From Octopus sinensis (lineage: Eukaryota), in contig NC_042998.1 in the NCBI RefSeq assembly GCF_006345805.1, forward strand, positions 61,690,001 through 61,754,000: a DNA stretch of 64,000 nucleotides, read 5' to 3'. The position numbers and the translations under genes were made by a program. Under the pieces are notes generated by a model that saw only the letters and a list, made by a program, of their open reading frames with translations, was not told the origin of the DNA and searched no databases. Shown piece by piece: positions 54,472 to 64,000 of the stretch (positions within the stretch are counted from its first letter, which is position 1; the number at the start of each line of letters is the position of its first letter).

Positions 54472-55222
54472 TGTAGGATCTTGCAGGCATGAAGTGGATT
54501 TGATCCACCATAACCAAATTTTAATTAACAGTTCAATAGAACTTTTCCCGCGGTAGAACAACGGTTTTTTCTCTGACAGCAATTTTACAGTTGCCAGATT
54601 GCCCTTAGGCCGAAATAATGTCTTCACCACTTGACCCTTTCTAACCTCTTCTACTTCACCAAAAGATAGAATAGAGATAACAAGACCACCTACTAAATCT
54701 ATTGTTCTCAATGATATGTCTATCCTTCTGGTTAGTTATAAAAGCATAAACCCCCAAGCAAAAAGAAAGTTCAGTCACCTGGTGACGACTCAACCAGTTA
54801 GTCACTCCGGTGACAACTCAGCGAGAACGAAGTCTGGTTGACCAGCTAGAACCTTGGTCAGAAGGAGAAATGAAGTTTACTGTCAGCAACAGTGAGACAA
54901 CTCCCACACCCTACAACTCTCAGTAGCTCTAATTCTGTTCTCTTACAACATCTCACACTGTGATTACTACTAAACAATGAAGAGAACATAAACACAAACT
55001 TTACTTCGCATGCTTTTGGATTTATCATAACCTTCTCGTCGAGGCAAGGTATTGTAACGTAACGGTAAATAAATATTTCCTTAAAACTTCATGCATTGTT
55101 CATCTTTCACATCCAGCAACATGTTATAACAACAAATTTTTATCGTCACTACTGCTGACTCCAACATTTCATATAATTGTGTATCTAATCAATCTTAACC
55201 GTTACAATTGGTGACCCTCGAC
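54472..55222 (+). mobile_element. LTR followed by tRNA-Trp-like primer-binding site
   Basis: TG at 54472, CA at 55206, then AT+TGGTGACCCTCGAC (55209-55222), close to TGGTGACCCCGAC, the complement of the tRNA-Trp 3' end. Confidence 0.6.
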
Positions 55223-55676
55223 TTCAACTAATAACTTTATCGTTACACATATATACATATAGACGTAGGCATAGCTGTGTGGTTAAGAGACTCGCTTTGC
55301 AATCATGTGGTTTCGAGTTCAATTCCACTGTGCAGTACTTTGGGCAAGTGTCTTCCTACAGTAGCCTCGGAACGACCAATGCCTTGCGAGTGAATTTGGT
55401 AGACGGAAACTGTGTGGAACTCCGTGATGCGTGTGTGTGTGTGTGTATGTGCTCTAGCGTAGCTAGAGTGTGTGCCATCCGGGCGGCCTTTCCGGACCCC
55501 ACAAGAAACACATATTACCAACAGCAGATCCAAAAGTGCAGCCCCTTTAAAAGTGCCGTCCGAAGCGGACCACCCCTACATACTCCCACTAGCTATGCTA
55601 GTGTGTGTGTGTGTGTGTGTGGTGTGTGTGTGTGCGCGCGCGCGTGTGTGTGTGTGTGCGTGTGTGTGTGTGTGTG

Positions 55677-55710
<34 letters not shown>

Positions 55711-56177
55711 ATTTGGGTTTGTCACCCACCATCGTTTAACAACAGATTTTAGTTTGTTTGCGCCCCCTTAACGTAGCTGTTCGGCGAAAGAAACCGATGG
55801 AATGAGTACCAGACTCAATAAGTACCCGAATAGATTTGTTAGACTAAACCCTTCAAGGCGGTGCCCCAGCATGGTCGCAGTCATGAAAATCTTAAAAGCT
55901 GATTGAAAAACATAAAAGCTACTTCTCACCTAGCTAGCTACCTTAACCTTGTCCTCAGAAATCACCAATTCTACATATATTGCGCCTATAAGCACATGGC
56001 AAACAATCTTCTAATTCTTCTCTAACCACGTAGCCATTATCATCATCACAATTCTCTCATCATTGAACAAAGAAACAAACAACACTTTTAACTAAATTCA
56101 AAAATACATTTCTATATTTCAGAGATGAGGAATTATGTACATTATTTACATTATTTACATTTGACGGATATGCCCGC

Positions 56178-56268
56178 GGTCATATGCCGCAGTGGTTAAG
56201 AGCGCGGGCTACTAACCCCAAGATTCCGAGCTCGATTCCAGGCAGTGACCTGAATAACAATAACAATA

Positions 56269-56332
<64 letters not shown>

Positions 56333-56424
56333 CACAACAACAACAACACCGAGAAATACCTTAGGAATGAGAACCCAGGTTCGAAATTTCCCCAAGACAC
56401 CTGATGAAGGCTGGAGGGTATATC
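56178..56424 (+). mobile_element. Family H SINE (tRNA-like head, (AAT)n, tail truncated inside the hammerhead)
   Basis: Head ggtcat..tggttaag..tcgattcc..gtgacc (56178-56250); intact CTGATGA-A-GGCTG at 56401-56413, broken at 56424. An inverted piece of the tail lies at 56110-56171. Confidence 0.8.
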
Positions 56425-56926
56425 TGTACGTATACACACACACACATATACACATACATACACACACATACGTACATATGTGTACCTATTCATACCTACA
56501 CATACACACATATATACATACAATTACAAACCCATTCCCTAATTTTAATTTTATTATCTTCATTTATTACTTTTGTTATCTTTGACCGCTGGTCACAAAC
56601 ATCTTGGCTAGTCCCTTTTATCTTTCTACTTGAGCACAAGCACTCACTCACGCACGCACACTCATTAGCACGCACACACACTCTCATTCGTACACTCATA
56701 CACATACACGCACGCACGCGTTATATTCATACATACATACATCTACATAAATACACGTATATACACATACATACGCGTACCTACAGATTCATGTCTACAA
56801 TCTTAGAAGACTAGTCTATACATATACACCAAATATATATACACACATACATATACACCTACATACAAATACATACATACATATATACACACACATATAT
56901 ATATACATACACACATACACATACAC

Positions 56927-56959
<33 letters not shown>

Positions 56960-57520
56960 CACACATATATACACACATATATACACACATATATATATGT
57001 ATATATATATATATATATGTGTATGTGTATGTGTGTATGTATATATATATGTGTGTGTATATATGTATGTATGTATTTGTATGTAGGTGTATATGTATGT
57101 GTGTATATATATTTGGTGTATATGTATAGACTAGTCTTCTAAGATTGTAGACATGAATCTGTAGGTACGCGTATGTATGTGTATATACGTGTATGTATGT
57201 AGATGTATGTATGTATGAATATAACGCGTGCGTGCGTGTATGTGTATGAGTGTACGAATGAGAGTGTGTGTGCGTGCTAATGAGTGTGCGTGCGTGAGTG
57301 AGTGCTTGTGCTCAAGTAGAAAGATAAAAGGGACTAGCCAAGATGTTTGAGACCAGCGGTCAAAGATAACAAAAGTAATAAATGAAGATAATAAAATTAA
57401 AATTAGGGAATGGGTTTGTAATTGTATGTATATATGTGTGTATGTGTAGGTATGAATAGGTACACATATGTATGTATGTGTGTGTATGTATGTGTATATG
57501 TGTGTGTGTGTATACGTACA
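56425..57520. repeat. Fold-back palindrome, ~510-bp arms
   Basis: Unique sequence (ttacaaacccattccc...caatcttagaagactag) is reverse-complemented on the right; the spacer is about 70 bp of TA/CA repeat. Confidence 0.92.
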
Positions 57521-57554
57521 TATATATGTGTATGGATAGGTACACGTATGTATG

Positions 57555-57591
<37 letters not shown>

Positions 57592-57795
57592 ACATACATA
57601 TATGTGTATATGTATATATGAGTATATAGGGACTTGTGTGCTGTGTGTGCATGTGTGTATGTGGATATGTGTGTGTATGTATGTGTATGTGTGTGTATGT
57701 ATATATTTTTTTGTGTGTATGTGTATGTGTGGTCGTGTGTGTGTATATATACATGTGTGTGTGTATATGTATATGCATGTATATGTGTATGTATG

Positions 57796-57826
<31 letters not shown>

Positions 57827-57845
57827 GTAGATATATGTATGTATA

Positions 57846-57892
<47 letters not shown>

Positions 57893-57935
57893 GGGTGTGT
57901 GTGTATGTATGTGTGTATGTATATGTGTGTGTGTT

Positions 57936-58215
57936 GAGAATTTCCTTATTTACCTAAAACTCTATTCTTCTATATATTTTTGTATCTTATTCTTTTTTTA
58001 TTCTTTTATTTATTCTTCTATCTAATTTACCACTGACTCCTTGACCACTCCCCCAAGTATGATTTTTTTGCGCTATGCCTACCCCCAAAAAGTCCCCCAC
58101 CACCACCCCTATAAACCTGCCTAAATGTATAAATGCCAATACAATTCTTGTTAACTAGCTTCCTGAAGATTTCTCTTGAATGAAACTGTTCTAGTCCTGT
58201 AGAAGCTCCTTCTAT
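57936..58215 (+). mobile_element. ~280-bp hammerhead-bearing repeat (family P), copy A
   Basis: Same sequence at 62815-63158(-) and 63723-64000(+). Confidence 0.8.
58157..58207 (+). ncRNA. Candidate type-I hammerhead ribozyme (family P)
   Basis: agcttc-CTGAAGA-t-ttc-tctt-gaa-t-GAAAC-tgttctagtcct-GTA-gaagct: 6-bp stem I, complete core, GUA cleavage triplet, weak stem III. Confidence 0.55.
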
Positions 58216-58527
58216 ATAATACATACATATATATATATACGTATGTATGTATGTATGTATGTATGTATATGTATATGTATATATGTACATTTGTAAGTGT
58301 ACATGTATTTGTGCGTCCGTGTCCCCCCCCCCATCGCTTGACAACCGGTGTTTGTGTGGTGCTTACGTCCTCCGTAACTTAGCGGTTCGGCAAAAAAGAC
58401 CGATAGGATAATTACTAGGCTTACAGAGAATAAGTCCTGGGGTCGATTTGTTCGATCAAAGGCGGTGTTCCATCATGGCCGCATTCAAATGTCTGAAACG
58501 AGTAAAAGAAATAAAGAACGAAAGATC

Positions 58528-58571
<44 letters not shown>

Positions 58572-58655
58572 TGTGTGTGTGTGTGTATGCATGTACACAC
58601 ACACACACATATACTCGCGCGCGCACACACATATACACTTGCGCGTGCACCCACG

Positions 58656-58689
<34 letters not shown>

Positions 58690-58863
58690 TCCTTAAACTG
58701 TTACAATTAAATTTGTATTATAAACCGACATTTTGTTTTGCTCCCTTTTTGTCATCGTTGCTATGATAACGTTTTCGTGATATACAATACCTGTGACTGC
58801 ATCGCTACCACCACCGCCACAACCGCCACCAAGAACAACACGACACTACTACTGCTGCTGCTG

Positions 58864-58927
<64 letters not shown>

Positions 58928-59169
58928 ACTGCAGTTTCTCGAGATACCTGCAATAAGCTGCACATGTACAGGTTTTGTGTCCATATGCACATACACAAGT
59001 ATACATGTGTGTATGTATGTAAGTGTATGATGTGTATGTGTATATATGTGTGCGTGTGTGTGTGTGTGTGTATTCATACATACCCACACACGCACATATA
59101 CACACATATGTCCATGCATGTATGCATATTTGCGTATAGTTGTGTGTGTGTGTGTGGATATATATAGAA

Positions 59170-59560
<391 letters not shown>

Positions 59561-59699
59561 TATAGATATAGCTAAATATATCTTTGTTTATATGAGTGTG
59601 TGTGCGCGCGTATGCATATTCACTGCCTCCACCGTCGTCACTAATATCACAACAAAATCTCACTCCCATACATCGCCACCTAAACTCCATATATAACTG

Positions 59700-59980
59700 T
59701 TAGTTTACCACCACCACTACCCTCAAGCCACCTCCTCCACCCCCTCCACCACCACTACCAGCTCCACCTCCACCACCTCCACCACCACCACTACCACTCC
59801 GCCTCCACCACCACCACCACCACCACCACCTCCACTTCCCCCCACCACATCCATTCCCCCCACCACCACCACCACTCCGCCTCCACCCCACCACCACCCT
59901 TCTCCACTACCTCTTCCACCATCATTCGAAAAACATTGGGCGCCCTCCATCATCACTAACCAGCACCACCACCACCAATT
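59700..59980. repeat. (CCA)n/(CCT)n low-complexity tract
   Basis: Direct reading. Confidence 0.9.
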
Positions 59981-60221
59981 TACCTTGAAGTATTACCGCC
60001 CTCTACTACCACCATCAACATCATCATCAACATCCTCCCCTCCACCACCGTCGCCTCCTTCCACCCGCTCCACCAGCAAACATCAGAGAAACATCGGCAG
60101 ACACTAACCAATGCCACTGTTTTCGTCGAAAGCATTTTACTTGCCGCGGCGATCATAAAGAGAGAGAGAAATAAACAAGAACAAAGAAGGTTAGTCCTTT
60201 TAAAATCATTAATAATAATAA

Positions 60222-60291
<70 letters not shown>

Positions 60292-60639
60292 TAACAAAGA
60301 TATCAATAATTTCTTTATTTGCCACAAGGTTTGTCGAATGAGGGAACATTATTACAAGGGTGAGGTTTTACAAAGTTATGAAAAGAAAACAGGTAGGGAA
60401 AAACCGCAATACTATAAGCAGTGGGTTGGTGCCAGCTTAAATTAGTGTTCAAGACCAGCCCAACAGCATCCGTCCCCGTTCTCGATTTTGCTGTCAGTTT
60501 CTTTTTTTTTTTTTTTTTCTTTTTTTTTTTCCTCATTCTCTTTACATGTAGGGAGGTTTTGTGCCTGTGTTTCTCCCACACCACTGCTTGACAACCGGGG
60601 TTGGTGTGTTTACGTTCCCATATGCTGGTGGTTCGGAAA

Positions 60640-61210
60640 TAGTGAGATTTTATTATCATATTTTGAGAAGCGAGGGCACCAGATAGTAACGAGGCCCTTC
60701 TATGACTCTCGGGCTCCTCATCGATGTACTCGAGAAATCTTGCAAGGTGGGACAAGACTAGTTTCGCCCGCCCTTTCGGGAAGGGTACCATCTAACGTTA
60801 AGGATGTTGTACGGTTTTATTATGTTGAGGGTACCACATATTCACGAAACTTTTCCAGGATTCTTGGTCCCCGAACCGATGTAACAGCTGGACGCTCTTC
60901 ATCTTATATGCCCTGTATTCGCTTACCTACCAACTCACCGCAGATTTCAACACTTTAGTTGATTGACTGATTTGCCAAGAAAGTAGTGCCGGCTCTGTAT
61001 AGTATAACCAAAACTGATGCTAAACATTTCACAAGATGAGCTCAGTCTGAGAGCAAATTCAAAATTACCCTTCACCACCAGGGGTACGGTGGTTGTGCCA
61101 TCTCTTCCAATTGAATTCCCCGGCCTTCAAATGCATGCCAGAGAAAACGTATTCACTGGATCCAATCTCGCCACTCGAGCCCATTTTTCAATAACTTTGT
61201 TGTAGAGGAA
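60640..61210 (-). mobile_element. Possible L1/Tx1 ORF2 post-RT remnant
   Basis: Stop-riddled frame with EYRAYKMKSVQLLHRFGDQESWKSFVNMWYPQ; resemblance only. Confidence 0.3.
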
Positions 61211-62263
61211 ACATCTCACTCTTCACTCTCACTTTTATTTCTAAGTGTAACTTGAAGTGATTTAGGGTAACGCTGAAGGAGAATATGTCTCTACTCAGTC
61301 ATCCCGCTCTGGCCCATCACCATAACATTCCAGCTTTCATCATAGCCTGTAGACACATGTGTATACATACACACACGCACATGTATATAATATATATAAT
61401 ATATATATATATAATATATATATATATCCATTAAAAAATTTTTTTTTTAACATCATTTCTCCATGTTTATAATTGTTTTTGATCTTTATACTGTTTACCT
61501 TTTTCGTATCTATGACGAACTTTTTTCAATATATATATATATAAACAGATGTATATATATATATAAGATTAATCAGCCGAAATTGCGAGGATGATCCGGT
61601 TCTTGACTGAAAATTGGAGGCTTCGAATGACCCGTCCGTTTTTTATGTCGTCTATTTGAATGTTTTGCGTTCATGTCCCATTTTGTATTTATATATATAT
61701 TTTTTATACATACACACCACACACACACACACACAACACACACGCACAACACACATATATATATATTAATATATATAATATATATTTATATATTTTGCAA
61801 TAAGGACAACTACTTAATAAGGAAAACTTAACAAGAAATTGTCAGGTAGATAGCGTAAAAACCTCATAAGAGAAAAAATTTCGAAAATAATTATTTCTTA
61901 TTGAACATATTAATTTATAATAGAGGGCATAAATTACATACATGCCAGGAGGCATTATATATACATGCCGAACGCTAAGAGGGACAATCAGTCATTTCTA
62001 CCAAAAATATTACTAATCCCACCGAACGCAATTTTTCAAAGTAAGACATATATATATATATACATACAGCCGGTTTTCGCTGCCACTAGCGATGGTATTT
62101 TTAATTGAACTATCGCTCTCATATTTACTTATATATATATATATATATATTGTTATATTTCGGGATGGTATTTTTGGGGGGGCCAAATAAACACACGCAC
62201 TGTATATTGGTTCTTCATTCGTTTATTACTGTTGTTATTTTAACTCATCTCCATTGTCCGGAA

Positions 62264-62390
<127 letters not shown>

Positions 62391-62665
62391 CGTGTAGGGT
62401 GTGAGTACGTGTATGCCACTTGTAAAGGCGAAAATCGGAGCCCTCAATTTAACGCATGGTTAGTGTATCAATTAATCCTATGAAACTAACACACACACAC
62501 ATACATACACACACACATATACATATATGCATGTACACACGTGCATACACGCATTCATATGTAGGCATGTAGCTATATGCATTAATCCACGCACACACCC
62601 ACACCCACATACATCTATACATACATACATCTATACATACATGCATGCATACATACATACATACA

Positions 62666-62725
<60 letters not shown>

Positions 62726-62742
62726 ATATATATTATATAATT

Positions 62743-62802
<60 letters not shown>

Positions 62803-62814
62803 ATTTATTTATTA

Positions 62815-64000
62815 TATAGAAGGAGCTTCTACAGGACTAGAACTGTTTCATTCAAGAGAAATCTTCAGGAAGCTAGTTAACAAGAATTGTATTGGCATTT
62901 ATACATTTAGGCAGGTTTAACGGGGTGTTGGTGGGGGACTTTTTTGGGGGTAGGCATAGCGCAAAATATCATACTTGGGGGAGTGGTCAAGGAGTCAGTG
63001 TTAAATTAGATTGAAGAATAAATAAAAAAATAAAAAAATAATATAAAATAAAATAAAAAAATAAAAGAACATATATAAAAAAAAACCTATATAAAAAAAA
63101 ACCTATATATAAAAAAAAAAGGGGGAATAGAGTTTTAGGTAATAAGGAGATTCTCACTTATACCTATGCACACATGTATACATACATACACACACATACA
63201 AACATATATACATATACATACACATACATACACACACATATATATACATATTTATACACTTACACATACACATACATATACATATCTACACATACACATA
63301 TATGTACACATACACACACTCACATGCATACACGTATACACACATGTGTATATATACACACACGACCTCACATACATATACGCACAGAAAAATATATATA
63401 CACATACACACACATACTCACACACGCATACACACACGGATACGTGTGTGTATGCGTGTATGTGAGTATGTGTGTGTATGTGTATATATATTTTTCTGTG
63501 CGTATATGTATGTGAGGTCGTGTGTGTATATATACACATGTGTGTATACGTGTATGCATGTGAGTGTGTGTATGTGTACATATATGTGTATGTGTAGATA
63601 TGTATATGTATGTGTAAGTGTATAAATATGTATATATATGTGTGTGTATGTATGTGTGTATGTATATGTATATATGTTTGTATGTGTGTGTATGTATGTA
63701 TACATGTGTGCATAGGTATAAGTGAGAATCTCCTTATTTACCTAAAACTCTATTCCCTCTTTTTTTTTATATATATAGGTTGTTTTGTTTTTTTATATAT
63801 AGGTTTTTTGGGGGTTTTTTTTATATATAGGTTCTTTTATTTTTTTATTTTATTTTATATTATTTTTTTATTTTTTTATTTATTCTTCAATCTAATTTAA
63901 CACTGACTCCTTGACCACTCCCCCAAGTATGATATTTTGCGCTATGCCTACCCCCAAAAAAGTCCCTAAATGTATAAATGCCAATACAATTCTTGTTAAC
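62815..64000. repeat. Large hairpin palindrome, arms >550 bp, 4-nt loop (GATA, 63439-63442)
   Basis: catacacacacg-GATA-cgtgtgtgtatg centre; the arms stay complementary to the window end. Confidence 0.93.
62824..62874 (-). ncRNA. Candidate type-I hammerhead ribozyme (family P, best copy)
   Basis: Minus strand agcttc-CTGAAGA-t-ttc-tctt-gaa-t-GAA-ACAG-ttctagtc-CTGT-A-gaagct: stem I 6 bp, stem II 3 bp, stem III 4 bp. Confidence 0.65.

Noticed and set aside
56178-56250. Possible tRNA gene
   Set aside because: Anticodon and T stems pair poorly and the sequence is the head of a dispersed SINE; the same applies to the heads of families B and D.
59985-60195. Branch point (GACTAAC), pyrimidine tract and donor CAAG|GTAAAT on the minus strand
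   Set aside because: The enclosed frame is low-complexity and unrecognisable; it could be a non-coding exon but there is no support.
61560-61990. Additional hammerhead-like traces (ctgaaaattgg...; ggcat-tatatatac-atgcc-gaacg)
   Set aside because: The CUGANGA and/or GAAAC core is broken and stem I cannot be formed; possibly decayed Penelope fragments only.

Overview
AT-rich, repeat-saturated animal genomic DNA with one 100-N scaffold gap (33799-33898). The repeat families and microsatellite density suggest an octopod cephalopod (Octopus sp.), but this is an inference. I can support only one host gene: a two-coding-exon TTC19 homolog (mitochondrial TPR protein, complex III quality control). 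Exon 1 (12731-12882) encodes a transit peptide and splices in phase across a 16.2-kb intron to exon 2 (29078-30095), giving about 389 aa. The rest is mobile DNA and simple repeats: tRNA-derived SINE families, CR1-, RTE-, HERO-, R4- and Tx1-like LINE remnants, three mariner relics, piggyBac, pogo and hAT MITEs, non-autonomous Helitrons, LTR-like repeats and a two-tier satellite. Most short ORFs in the supplied track are microsatellite or SINE artefacts. The most unusual signals are: (i) two distinct repeat families carrying type-I hammerhead ribozyme motifs of the kind found in Penelope-like elements, one fused to a tRNA-derived SINE head, each lying next to fold-back palindromes; (ii) a 2.1-kb ORF1-only (zinc-knuckle, no RT) retroelement inserted with a 16-bp TSD into the tRNA-like head of a SINE; (iii) a head-to-tail Helitron dimer with an exact CTAG|TC circle junction.
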